Shown: in pieces, positions 1 through 9,446 of the stretch
Position numbering within the stretch: position 1 is the stretch's first letter
Layout of the letters: each line of letters opens with the position of its first letter
The notes under the pieces: model-generated
Database searches by the model: none
What the model saw: only the letters and a program-made list of their open reading frames with translations
Told to the model about the DNA's origin: nothing
Position numbers and translations under genes: made by a program
DNA from: an uncultured virus (IMG/VR IMGVR_UViG_3300027759_000081)
Taxonomy: Duplodnaviria; Heunggongvirae; Uroviricota; Caudoviricetes
Direction: 5' to 3' (one strand)
Virus record (IMG/VR): IMGVR_UViG_3300027759_000081
DNA: 64,000 bases

Positions 1-1
1 A

Positions 2-757
2 CTGCCGCTGCTTCCAGTTACCAGTGCTAGTTCAGGTGGAACTGGTACAAGCGCAACTGGACTCCTAGTTGGTTCATGGGTCTTTGGCTTTTTTAGAGAT
101 GTTGACAATCAAGATCCTGTTATTATTGGATCAATTCCTGGTGTCGAAGCGCTAAATGGACAAGGTATACCTGACACTGCAACAAGCAGTTCAATTGGAA
201 TCGCTGCAACATCTTTATATTCAAGTGGTGCGCCTATAGGTGGTCCGGCTGACACATCTACTCTTGACCCTGATATACCGACAATTAGTGGTGCGACAAA
301 CAGTGAAATTGCTCGTAACCTAGTTAACATTGCTCGAACACAAGTTGGTGAAAAAAATGGATCAAAATATCTTGGCGGAGGGTTGCCATGGTGCGCTGCA
401 TTTGTAGCATATTGTTTGGTTCGTTCAGGCGTGCCAAAAGAAGATTTGCCATCAAACCCAAATTTTTCATGGTCATATAAAGAATGGGCAAAGGGTAAAG
501 GCTCAAAATATGTTGCACTTGCTGCTGATAATACATACCAACCTGGTGATATTATAATTCGCCATCGAGGAGCTGTAGGATCAGGGTTTGGCCATATTGG
601 AATAATATCTGTAGGGTGCAATGATAGACGAAATGAAGCACACTCCACAATTGAAGGAAACACTGGAAGCCCGCGAGGAGTCTATGAACGCACTAAAAAA
701 TATTATTGGCCATGTGTCTTACGATGGAAATCTGATTCAGACGCGCCATTAGCTTAA
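2..757 (+). CDS. T4 gp5-like baseplate hub, N-terminal part (OB-fold plus CHAP amidase domain); 5' end truncated by the window
   Basis: Frame 2 is open from base 2 to the stop at 755-757 (same frame as track ORF 383..757). It reads LPVTSAS...GLLVGSWVFGFFRD..QDPVIIGSIPG (gp5 OB-fold), then PWCAAFV...GHIGI...TIEGNT (CHAP Cys/His motifs). Confidence 0.8.
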   Translation: MPLLPVTSASSGGTGTSATGLLVGSWVFGFFRDVDNQDPVIIGSIPGVEALNGQGIPDTATSSSIGIAATSLYSSGAPIGGPADTSTLDPDIPTISGATNSEIARNLVNIARTQVGEKNGSKYLGGGLPWCAAFVAYCLVRSGVPKEDLPSNPNFSWSYKEWAKGKGSKYVALAADNTYQPGDIIIRHRGAVGSGFGHIGIISVGCNDRRNEAHSTIEGNTGSPRGVYERTKKYYWPCVLRWKSDSDAPLA

Positions 758-765
758 TTTTTTTT

Positions 766-773
766 AATAAATA
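766..773 (+). promoter_or_regulatory. T4-type late promoter variant (AATAAATA)
   Basis: One mismatch to TATAAATA, 8 nt before the ATG at 782; same placement as the exact copies elsewhere in this module. Confidence 0.45.
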
Positions 774-781
774 ATAACATT

Positions 782-1609
782 ATGGCAGGTCAAGGTACAT
801 TTGGAACTCCACATCAATCAAATCAATCTGTTTATCCATACAACAATGTGACACAGACACGGTCTGGTCATTTATTTGAAGTTGATGACACACTTGGCGA
901 AGAGCGCATACATCAAAAACATAAATCTGGTACATACTATGAAATTGCATCTGACGGCACCTATGTTACAACTGTTGTTTCAGATCGATATACAACTGTG
1001 TGCGGCACTGACACAATAGCTATAACTGGTGATGCAAACATTGCCGTTAATGGATCTGTTAACCTAACCATAAATGGAAACTATAATGTTGAAGTTAATG
1101 GAAACATGAGTCAAACCGTAAAGGGCGAATATAAACTAAAAGTTGGTGCTGCACATAAAACTGAGGTTGGTGGTGACATTGCAGAAAACGTAGTTGGCAA
1201 AAAAGATAGCGTTATTGGAAATGGACTAATCAATACAGTACGCGCAGGAGGAGTAAAAAATATGATTGTAGGTGGTGTTGAAGACACTAATGCTGGTGAC
1301 TACACATCAATTTGCACTGGTTCAGTTTCAATGACTGGACTAACTGGCATGAGTTTATCGTCTCCCGCTGGTCCTGCTACTTTAGGCGGATTTGTTGCCG
1401 CAGTTGATAGTGCAACAACATTAACGCTTACTGGTTTAGCAGCCATTAATATGACAGCCCCACTTGTAAACATGACAACTCCACTTGTAACTATATTAAA
1501 TGGTGCACTTATTGCAACTCTTGATGTTCGTGCGCTTGGCGGAGTTGTAGGTTTATCAACGCACACACATGTTGAAACATCATCTGTTACATTACCAGGA
1601 TTAGGATAA
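782..1609 (+). CDS. T4 gp5-like C-terminal beta-helix spike protein with terminal HxH motif
   Basis: YPYNNVTQTRSGHLFEVDDT..ERIHQKHKSGTYYEI..DG gp5 motif, VxGxxxxx-type octapeptide repeats, ends ...LSTHTHVETS. Confidence 0.8.
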   Translation: MAGQGTFGTPHQSNQSVYPYNNVTQTRSGHLFEVDDTLGEERIHQKHKSGTYYEIASDGTYVTTVVSDRYTTVCGTDTIAITGDANIAVNGSVNLTINGNYNVEVNGNMSQTVKGEYKLKVGAAHKTEVGGDIAENVVGKKDSVIGNGLINTVRAGGVKNMIVGGVEDTNAGDYTSICTGSVSMTGLTGMSLSSPAGPATLGGFVAAVDSATTLTLTGLAAINMTAPLVNMTTPLVTILNGALIATLDVRALGGVVGLSTHTHVETSSVTLPGLG

Positions 1610-1610
1610 T

Positions 1611-3680
1611 ATGGCTATTACAAAATTTTTATATATTAGGCTGGCAGACAGCAATGGTGATGGATTTGACATCAATACTACAGGAATTCCGTTAACATAC
1701 AATGGAAACACCAGATCAGTTGTAGACCTAATTACTGGTGTCTATAGAATTACACAAGAGGCAACATCTGGACCGGGTGCACTTCCATGGGTTATTCAAT
1801 CAATACCCTTAACTGATGTTAATATAGAGGTTACTTACAATACTGGAATTCCTGCCCTCACTAATGTTCCAAAAAATGTTGGGAGATATGACTACAATAT
1901 ACGCACTACTCTAAAGAGTGACCCGACATACAAAGGTTATTTTACAACAGAATATTACGGCACAATTCCAGTTGACATTCCTGGTTGGGAGCCTGCTGTT
2001 AGAACTAATGCATTTAAATTAGATGTTGGTGGCATAGCATTAGAAAAAGATAAAGACACATCCAAGTATCTACTCATACGGCCGTGCCCGCTTACAATAA
2101 CTTTTGGAGACACTGTTCGTCCATACAACAAAAATGCACAAGCTATAACTTACACAACCTCACCAAAGGTGTTGGATTCAACCTCAGCAGATTTTGGTAA
2201 AGATATTCAAGTTGGTTTGGCATACGCTGGTACAAAGAGCATTGCTGCATATGCAGCGCCAGTTGAGATTGGAACATATTCAGTCAATGCAAATAGTATT
2301 GATATAAATTATGTTGGAAGTGCCAGTACAACATACACAATTAGACAACTTACAACAACTGAGGCCGCGTCAGCTCAGCAAGAGTATGACGCATTGGTGC
2401 GAGCCCTACCACCCAAAACACAAAATTGGGTAGACAGCAGTTCATCATTTTCCGATAATAACGCTAAACAGCAATTTATTGCAAGTGGAATACTTTCAGT
2501 TTTAGGAGAGATTAATGTTGGAGAAAACAATGCAGCTATGACTGCAGTTGCCGGACTTGATAAGGCTGCTACAATTATCGATTGCACAAAAAATCTTCCA
2601 CAAAAATTAATAACTGCTGTAGCAGTAAAGTTGTTATCACTCGTAGCAGCATATGTTCCGGGACTTGGAATTATTAATTTGATTACTCAAGTTCAAGCAA
2701 TTATTAATGATGTTCAAAAAATAATGGAACTTATTGAGTTTGTTAAAAATAATCCATATGCATTTCTTGATCAAGTGCTGACTGCATCTGGAGCCTATAA
2801 AAAACTTGGAAGTATTGCAAATGAAACAATAGCAAATATTGAAAACACATTTCCAAACTCAGCATCAACTGTAGGAGATGTCGGTCAGTTTATTACTGAT
2901 GTTGCAAATGGTATAATTGATGTTTGTGAAGCTGTTGACATTTATGGAAATCCAATTGCAAACAAAATAACAGCTGACAACACAGCAGTACCAACAGCAG
3001 TTCGTGGTTTTATTCCTCTTACAAATCAGCAACCAAGTGCAGCAAAAACTGACTATGAATATTTCCAGTTTCATTTAAGAGATGCATTATATAAAGACGG
3101 CGACAAAATTAAGAGTTTAAAAGACTCTGGAAATGTTGCTGAACTACGAGACTATATGACAATGCTTACAGCTGTTCATGAACTTGCATACAACTGGCAT
3201 GATAATATTGCATCTGTAGCAGCACCAGTTGGACTCTTAAGTGTGTCTCAAGCAACGCGTCTTCAAAATGTTGAAGACATACTTGGCACTGCTAGTGGGT
3301 TATTACAAGGCATCTATGGTACGCCTAATGCAATCAACAGTTCTGCACCAATAAACACAACATCTGCCTCTGGTGTGCGAGAAAACACGTCACCAGCAAC
3401 AGCTGGTCTAAACGCTGGATTGACTGCAGCAGCTAATGGACTGCGTGCAGTCTCTGGAGGGGTGTCTGCAATAGGAAGTTTTATATCAGGTGAGACACAA
3501 TATTCACTGAGACTCTTTAAAAATGAATTTAATTTTGCTGTAAAACAACAACTTGCAAAACATCCATATTGGTCAGCCAGTACAGTAAAAGAGTATAATG
3601 AGCGAGTACAACGAATACACTATGAGATGCAAGAGGGCACTCCAGCAATTCTCAGCAATCCAGCGTTTGCAAAAATATAA
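1611..3680 (+). CDS. Hypothetical baseplate-region protein (MBG/Ig-like segment plus helical C-terminal half)
   Basis: 689-aa ORF between gp5 and gp25; the segment ITFGDTVRPY...APVEIGTYSV...NYVGSASTTYTI resembles MBG-type domains. Confidence 0.55.
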   Translation: MAITKFLYIRLADSNGDGFDINTTGIPLTYNGNTRSVVDLITGVYRITQEATSGPGALPWVIQSIPLTDVNIEVTYNTGIPALTNVPKNVGRYDYNIRTTLKSDPTYKGYFTTEYYGTIPVDIPGWEPAVRTNAFKLDVGGIALEKDKDTSKYLLIRPCPLTITFGDTVRPYNKNAQAITYTTSPKVLDSTSADFGKDIQVGLAYAGTKSIAAYAAPVEIGTYSVNANSIDINYVGSASTTYTIRQLTTTEAASAQQEYDALVRALPPKTQNWVDSSSSFSDNNAKQQFIASGILSVLGEINVGENNAAMTAVAGLDKAATIIDCTKNLPQKLITAVAVKLLSLVAAYVPGLGIINLITQVQAIINDVQKIMELIEFVKNNPYAFLDQVLTASGAYKKLGSIANETIANIENTFPNSASTVGDVGQFITDVANGIIDVCEAVDIYGNPIANKITADNTAVPTAVRGFIPLTNQQPSAAKTDYEYFQFHLRDALYKDGDKIKSLKDSGNVAELRDYMTMLTAVHELAYNWHDNIASVAAPVGLLSVSQATRLQNVEDILGTASGLLQGIYGTPNAINSSAPINTTSASGVRENTSPATAGLNAGLTAAANGLRAVSGGVSAIGSFISGETQYSLRLFKNEFNFAVKQQLAKHPYWSASTVKEYNERVQRIHYEMQEGTPAILSNPAFAKI

Positions 3681-3682
3681 CG

Positions 3683-3690
3683 TATAAATA
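3683..3690 (+). promoter_or_regulatory. T4-type late promoter TATAAATA
   Basis: Exact gp55-recognised consensus, intergenic, 4 nt before the gp25 ATG. Confidence 0.7.
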
Positions 3691-3694
3691 GAAT

Positions 3695-4132
3695 ATGGGA
3701 ACTTCCTATTTATTGTCAGACTACAATCTTTCACAGTCATCTAACGTAGCACGTCAGCGCGTCTATGCTGATCTTGACAATTCTTTTTCGGTTCATCCAA
3801 TCTATAATGATGTTTTACCACTTATAGATCTTGACGCAGTAAAACAAAGTCTTAAAAATTTACTCCTAACAAACACATATGATCGTCCATTTCAACCAAA
3901 CATTGGTTCAAATATAAGGGAATTGCTTTTTGAAAATGCAAGTGTACTAGTTGAACTTGAATTGGAAGATAAGATACAAAGAACTATTGCACTCTATGAA
4001 CCACGTATACGCAACCCAATTGTAAATGTAACTGATGAATCAGATAAAAATGCATATCGAGTTTCAATAGGTTTTGAAGTTTCATATGATACAAACACTG
4101 AAATTATAATCTATCTAACACGCACAAGATAA
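3695..4132 (+). CDS. Baseplate wedge subunit, T4 gp25-like
   Basis: YADLD..F..HP...D...AVKQSLKNLLLT...RPFQPNIGS.IRELLFE...YEPRI is the GPW/gp25 family pattern. Confidence 0.9.
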   Translation: MGTSYLLSDYNLSQSSNVARQRVYADLDNSFSVHPIYNDVLPLIDLDAVKQSLKNLLLTNTYDRPFQPNIGSNIRELLFENASVLVELELEDKIQRTIALYEPRIRNPIVNVTDESDKNAYRVSIGFEVSYDTNTEIIIYLTRTR

Positions 4133-6006
4133 TGAGTACACAATTTTCACAGTCAGTAAACGTCACAAATTTAGACTTTGTTGATATAAAACAAAGTCTT
4201 ATTGATTATTTCAAATCAAATGACAGCCCATTTAAAGATTGGGACTATACTGGTTCAGGACTAAATACATTGATGGATGTGTTGGCACACAACACCCATT
4301 ATAACGCAGTGTTAGCGCACATGGCTGTAAATGAAAGCTTTATTGACTCTGCCCAATTACGCCAAAATGTTGTCTCTGCTGCAAAACTAATTGGATATAC
4401 CCCAAACAGTTACACTGCTCCAAAAGCAAAAGTTAACCTTTATGTCAATAGTCGTGACTCTAGTGTCAATAGTTATATAATTCCTGCAGGCACCAGCTTT
4501 TCATCAAACTTTCCTATTCCTAGACAGAGTGCTACATATAACTTTATCAACCTAACAGATATTGAATGTACACGTAATCAAACATCTGGTCTTTTAGAGG
4601 CAGTCGATCAAGAAATACATCAAGGATCAATTCAAACACGACGCATACAGATCAATTCAGCTGAAGATAAAAACGAGTATGTAATCTCTGATAAAAATAT
4701 AGACTTACGCACTCTAAATGTTGCTGTATATCAAAACAGTCGTCAAGACATTGGAGAAGTATACACAAAATTTACTGATGTTACAGATATAAATGAAACA
4801 ACTCCAATTTATTTTATCTATGAAAACTATTCTGGCAACTATGTAGTTTCATTTGGAAATGGTGTCTTTGGTAAAAAACCAGACAACTTAAACATTTTAG
4901 AATTACGATATTTGGTTACCGCTGGAGATGCTGCAAATACAAGCAATAAGTTTTCATACAACGGTGGTTTTGATAATCAAATATCATCTGTGTCTGTACA
5001 AACCTCAAGCCCAGCCTTTGGAGGGTCAACTAATGAATCAATTGGTAGCATCAAATATAATGCACCACTTCAATATATTGCTCAAAACCGTGCAGTTACT
5101 GCAGATGACTATAAGACACTCATTCAAAGTAAATTTGGAGTGCGTTCTATGGCTGTATGGGGTGGAGAAGAAAATAATCCGCCACAATATGGAAAAGTTT
5201 TTATGTCAATTAAAAAATCTGACGATGAAAACGATATTTTCTTAAGTTCTGCTGAAAAAGAAGAAATATTACAATATATAAGCGGTAAAAAGGTGCTGTC
5301 AATTTTACCTGAGATTGTTGATCCTGAATATATCAACATTGTTCTCGATGTGCTATTCAAATATAATCGAAACCTAACAACACTTACAGTAACTCAACTG
5401 CAAGATAAAATTAAGGAAACACTTGTTGCGTTTAGTAATAATTATTTAGAGTCATTTGACGGTGTATTTAGACATTCACAACTAGTTCGTGCTGTTGATA
5501 ATACAAGCCCTGCAATATTAAACTCACTTGTTCGAGTTTTTGTATCCAAGACATTTACTGTTGCGGTAGGTGATCCTAAAAATTTAACAATAGAATATGG
5601 CACAGCTCTTACAATTGATGATGGCCTTGCAATTGTAAAATCAACTGGATGGGTCTCTGGTGGAGTAATATACTATATAGGAGATGCACCTCATGCAAAA
5701 GACACCAATCTTCGACGTCTCTATAGTTATTACATTGACAGCAACAACAATGCTATAGTTGAAGATTCAAATATTGGAACACTCACATTGAGTACTGGAA
5801 CGCTGTCATTAAATGCATTTGGTGTTGACTCTGACACCGCAATTACAATTGATCTATTACCAAAATCAAATGATATTGTTTCACGTCGTAATCAATTAAT
5901 TCGTATTGACACACCTAGCATTAATGTCTATGGTGAAGTTGACACAATTGCAATTGGTGGATCAAGCAAGTCTATTGACTATAACACATTCAGCCGAGAT
6001 CGTTAA
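4132..6006 (+). CDS. Baseplate wedge subunit, T4 gp6-like
   Basis: LDFVDIKQSL..YF...F.DWDYTGSGLN.LMDVLAHNTHY..., FGNGVFGKKP, QNRAVTADDY, WGGEEN.PPQYGKVF. Confidence 0.92.
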   Translation: MSTQFSQSVNVTNLDFVDIKQSLIDYFKSNDSPFKDWDYTGSGLNTLMDVLAHNTHYNAVLAHMAVNESFIDSAQLRQNVVSAAKLIGYTPNSYTAPKAKVNLYVNSRDSSVNSYIIPAGTSFSSNFPIPRQSATYNFINLTDIECTRNQTSGLLEAVDQEIHQGSIQTRRIQINSAEDKNEYVISDKNIDLRTLNVAVYQNSRQDIGEVYTKFTDVTDINETTPIYFIYENYSGNYVVSFGNGVFGKKPDNLNILELRYLVTAGDAANTSNKFSYNGGFDNQISSVSVQTSSPAFGGSTNESIGSIKYNAPLQYIAQNRAVTADDYKTLIQSKFGVRSMAVWGGEENNPPQYGKVFMSIKKSDDENDIFLSSAEKEEILQYISGKKVLSILPEIVDPEYINIVLDVLFKYNRNLTTLTVTQLQDKIKETLVAFSNNYLESFDGVFRHSQLVRAVDNTSPAILNSLVRVFVSKTFTVAVGDPKNLTIEYGTALTIDDGLAIVKSTGWVSGGVIYYIGDAPHAKDTNLRRLYSYYIDSNNNAIVEDSNIGTLTLSTGTLSLNAFGVDSDTAITIDLLPKSNDIVSRRNQLIRIDTPSINVYGEVDTIAIGGSSKSIDYNTFSRDR

Positions 6007-6008
6007 CC

Positions 6009-8435
6009 ATGTTATTAAGTGTAGCAAATTCTAGACCACGAAACTTAGAGAGCTCTCGAGTCTCGTCACTATTTCCTGACACCGTACAGGAGAGTTCAAA
6101 AACACTCATAGAATTTGTTGAAAAATATTATGAGTATTTAAATGTTGTTGGATTGCCATCAAGCGAAATAGCAAATATAACATCTGCAAAAGACATTGAT
6201 GTTGTTTCAAACAAGTATCTTACTGAGATTCAAAGTTTAATTGCTCGTAATATACCAAACTCAGTTGCACTTGATAAGGTTACACTTTACAAAATAATTC
6301 TTCAATACTATCGTACTCGTGGTTCTGAAGACAGTATACATTCATTTTTCAAAATTTTCTTTGATGAGTTTGTAACCATATTTTATCCACGTGACTATCT
6401 TTTTGAGTTGTCTGGAGGACGCGGCCAATGGATGCCTATTGTGGCATCTCAATTGGCAACTGTAAACACAAACCCAAATAAAAACCAAATAAAAATAGTC
6501 AGTGACGCTATAATTGGTCCAGTGACTTCCAATGACAAGGCTCCATACACATTTGTTTTACAGAGCTATTCAAAGTTTGTATGGACACTAGATGGACGTG
6601 CTCCATCATCAACTGTACCGCACCTACAAAAAGTAAATTCACGTTGGGTCTACACATACGGCGATGTGGTTGTAACAAGTGCAAATAACACTACATGGCC
6701 AGATGAAGCACTTTGGAATACCTTTTCTCGTAATATTGAATATACGAGTGGAAACGCTGGATCAAACACAACTCGTAACATTGAGTATAAGACTCTTGAA
6801 ATTACTCCAGTTGGTGAAACAACTGAAACAATATTGCTTAAAAGGGATGACACCACTGATATATTAGCAACAGAGTCTGGAGACGAGTTGACGCTTGAAC
6901 AGTTTTTTACTCCTGAAGGGACTATAGACATAGTTGTTTCTGGTATTACTACTGAAAATAATCTAGATCCTAATACTTCTACAGACTATATTATAGTTCA
7001 AGATACAAGTATAACAAACACTGATGATGCTGTTATTGTAACAGAAGATGCAGGCAGTTCATTATATACCGCAATTACATCTAATATTGAATATGTCCAC
7101 CTGTTTACTGTAACTGCACTTCCATTGAATGCACTTAAGATAGATGATCTTATAAATTCATTGGAGACTGCCGGCACCAATACAGTGTATCGTTGTACTC
7201 AGATTAGCCCAACAATATGGGAATCAGTTACAACTGACTTTAGGATTTGGCAATATTCTGATTCAAAATCTTTTGCATCAGATCGATATAAGCTACATGA
7301 CGGAGAATTTTGGCAAAAATATTCATATCAAATAAAAACAACGCTGTCATATGACACATGGTCATATGACTATTTGAGATTTGTTCATCCAGCAGGTTTA
7401 AAATTATTTACAGCGCTTCTATACGAACTTCTAGCAAAATCAGAATGGAAACAATACATTGATTATATTTCATCTGACTCGACAACAGACTATACTTGGT
7501 TGGGTGCATACATTCCACCAGTAATTGGTTATCATACTCCAACAAGTCAACCAGGTTGGTTAACTTCTAGAGAGCGAGTATTGAAATTCCTTTTACAGGT
7601 GTTGCGAGATGCAAATGCAGACGAGTCACTTATTCGTATAATTGAACTTGTTCTTTCTTTTGAATCTTTAAATGAAGTCTATCGTGATAAAATTGTCCAC
7701 AATACATATCAATCATGGTTCAAGTTTATTGATACAACTGAATTAATTGCGGGATTCTCAGACAAGACAATAGCACTGGCTAATGCAGAATATTCTAGAG
7801 AAGACTTACCACTCTTTAGTAACTTATCATGCATAGTCACGCCAAAAGTAGTTGACTTTACATACTATCCATGGATGTATAGCGAGCTTATTCCACTTAA
7901 CACTTCGTCTCAAAGCATTGACCCAAATTATGTTTTGTCAGACGTAAATGTTTTTGATGTTGACTTTGAGCCATATATTAATAGCGAAATTTTACCTAGA
8001 GAAGCATCAACAGTATATAATTTACAGACAGAAAATAACAACTATTCAATAACTGAAGACAGTGAATTTGGATTTGTGACTGAAGGAAACATAACAAACA
8101 CCATATTTAACACATACACAATATCAGCACTAACAAATATTGTTACTCCCAATAACAGACCATTAGGATATCCTCCTATTAACGTATATTTTCATGTAGT
8201 TACAACTGGTGTGCTTGATGGCACACAGCTGTACTATACAACACGGTTTCCTTCTGTATTAGCAGTCACTAGTGGTGTTGTTACTATTACAAATGACTTT
8301 GCATCATTTGCAGTACAAATTAATGAGGCGCTTGCTCCTGGATTTCCAACGCAATCATTTAATATGGATTTAAGATTAAATAGTATAACAGGTCCAATAG
8401 TTGCTACGAGCAATCTTGTAATAATATTCCCCTAA
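6009..8435 (+). CDS. Baseplate wedge initiator, T4 gp7-like
   Basis: FVEKYYEYL, YRTRGSEDSI..FFKIFF, and LHDGEFWQKYSY...VHPAGLKLF motifs; follows gp6. Confidence 0.8.
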   Translation: MLLSVANSRPRNLESSRVSSLFPDTVQESSKTLIEFVEKYYEYLNVVGLPSSEIANITSAKDIDVVSNKYLTEIQSLIARNIPNSVALDKVTLYKIILQYYRTRGSEDSIHSFFKIFFDEFVTIFYPRDYLFELSGGRGQWMPIVASQLATVNTNPNKNQIKIVSDAIIGPVTSNDKAPYTFVLQSYSKFVWTLDGRAPSSTVPHLQKVNSRWVYTYGDVVVTSANNTTWPDEALWNTFSRNIEYTSGNAGSNTTRNIEYKTLEITPVGETTETILLKRDDTTDILATESGDELTLEQFFTPEGTIDIVVSGITTENNLDPNTSTDYIIVQDTSITNTDDAVIVTEDAGSSLYTAITSNIEYVHLFTVTALPLNALKIDDLINSLETAGTNTVYRCTQISPTIWESVTTDFRIWQYSDSKSFASDRYKLHDGEFWQKYSYQIKTTLSYDTWSYDYLRFVHPAGLKLFTALLYELLAKSEWKQYIDYISSDSTTDYTWLGAYIPPVIGYHTPTSQPGWLTSRERVLKFLLQVLRDANADESLIRIIELVLSFESLNEVYRDKIVHNTYQSWFKFIDTTELIAGFSDKTIALANAEYSREDLPLFSNLSCIVTPKVVDFTYYPWMYSELIPLNTSSQSIDPNYVLSDVNVFDVDFEPYINSEILPREASTVYNLQTENNNYSITEDSEFGFVTEGNITNTIFNTYTISALTNIVTPNNRPLGYPPINVYFHVVTTGVLDGTQLYYTTRFPSVLAVTSGVVTITNDFASFAVQINEALAPGFPTQSFNMDLRLNSITGPIVATSNLVIIFP

Positions 8436-8441
8436 ATATAA

Positions 8442-8449
8442 TATAAATA
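8442..8449 (+). promoter_or_regulatory. T4-type late promoter TATAAATA
   Basis: Exact consensus, intergenic, 7 nt before the ATG at 8457. Confidence 0.7.
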
Positions 8450-8456
8450 TAACCAT

Positions 8457-9446
8457 ATGCCAGACGTAAAATTTTCACAACTAAACCAACTGCAGGTAGC
8501 AGCAGATGATGATTATTTGCCAATTGTTGACAGCAGTGATAATGCAATGGGCATTAATGGCACAAACAAAAAAATCTCAATACTGAATTTAGCATACGGC
8601 ATAATTAATAGTCTGGAAATTGGATCAGTTGACCCGCAGATCTTAATGTCAATTGATGCATCTAAAATTGAGACAGGTACATTAGATGTCAATCGCATTC
8701 CTTCATTAGATGCATCTAAAATTAGCAGTGGTATTATTGACGCGGCCAGACTTCCAAGTTATGTCGATGATGTACTTGAATTTGCCAATTTTGCAGCTTT
8801 TCCGGCGACAGGTGAAATGCATAAAATTTATGTTACATTAGACACAAATAGAACTTATCGTTGGAGTGGTTCTGTTTACGTCGAAATTAATGTTGATCAA
8901 ACTATAACATTAACAAGTGACGTTACAGGTTCTGGAACAGGAACCTTTGCCGCAACAATAGCAACTGGTGCGGTGTCATTGGCCAAAATGGCAAATGTCT
9001 CTAGTAGCACGGTATTTTATCGCAAGACAGCTGGATCAGGTACACCTGAAGTTCAAACTTTAGCCACATTAAAGACAGATCTTGGGCTTACCGGCACAAA
9101 TAGTGGTGATCAAACTATTACTCTTACCGGTGCTGTTACTGGTTCTGGAACCGGAAGCTTTGCCACAACACTCGCTGATGATGTTGTATCATTAGCCAAA
9201 ATGGCAAATGTTGCCACGGCAACAGTATTTTATCGCAAGACAGCAGGAACTGGTGATCCTGAAGTTCAAACTTTAAGTACATTAAAGACAGATCTTAATT
9301 TAGTAGAAAAACTTGCCTCCAGCGAATATACAGTTACAAATCCAACATCAGTAAAAACATTTAATGCCACTACAGCAACAATTGATAATGTATGTGACGT
9401 TCTTGCAACATTAATTAAAACACTTAAAGATCGACAAATAATATAA
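8457..9446 (+). CDS. Tail fibre-like protein
   Basis: N-terminal KFSQL..DDYLPIVD..NKKIS motif, LPSYVDDVLEF....FPATGE..KIYV..DTNRTYRWSGS.YVEI module, and an internal 71-aa repeat. Confidence 0.7.
   Translation: MPDVKFSQLNQLQVAADDDYLPIVDSSDNAMGINGTNKKISILNLAYGIINSLEIGSVDPQILMSIDASKIETGTLDVNRIPSLDASKISSGIIDAARLPSYVDDVLEFANFAAFPATGEMHKIYVTLDTNRTYRWSGSVYVEINVDQTITLTSDVTGSGTGTFAATIATGAVSLAKMANVSSSTVFYRKTAGSGTPEVQTLATLKTDLGLTGTNSGDQTITLTGAVTGSGTGSFATTLADDVVSLAKMANVATATVFYRKTAGTGDPEVQTLSTLKTDLNLVEKLASSEYTVTNPTSVKTFNATTATIDNVCDVLATLIKTLKDRQII
8895..9296 (+). repeat. Diverged intragenic tandem duplication, period 213 bp (71 aa)
   Basis: DQTITLT..VTGSGTG.FA.T....VSLAKMANV...TVFYRKTAG.G.PEVQTL.TLKTDL starts at 8895 and again at 9108. 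Confidence 0.9.

Noticed and set aside
109..663. 184-aa minus-strand ORF, and similar antisense ORFs (10982..11740, 39574..39972, 51368..51892, 51902..52438)
   Set aside because: These are shadows opposite well-supported genes and have no recognisable motifs.
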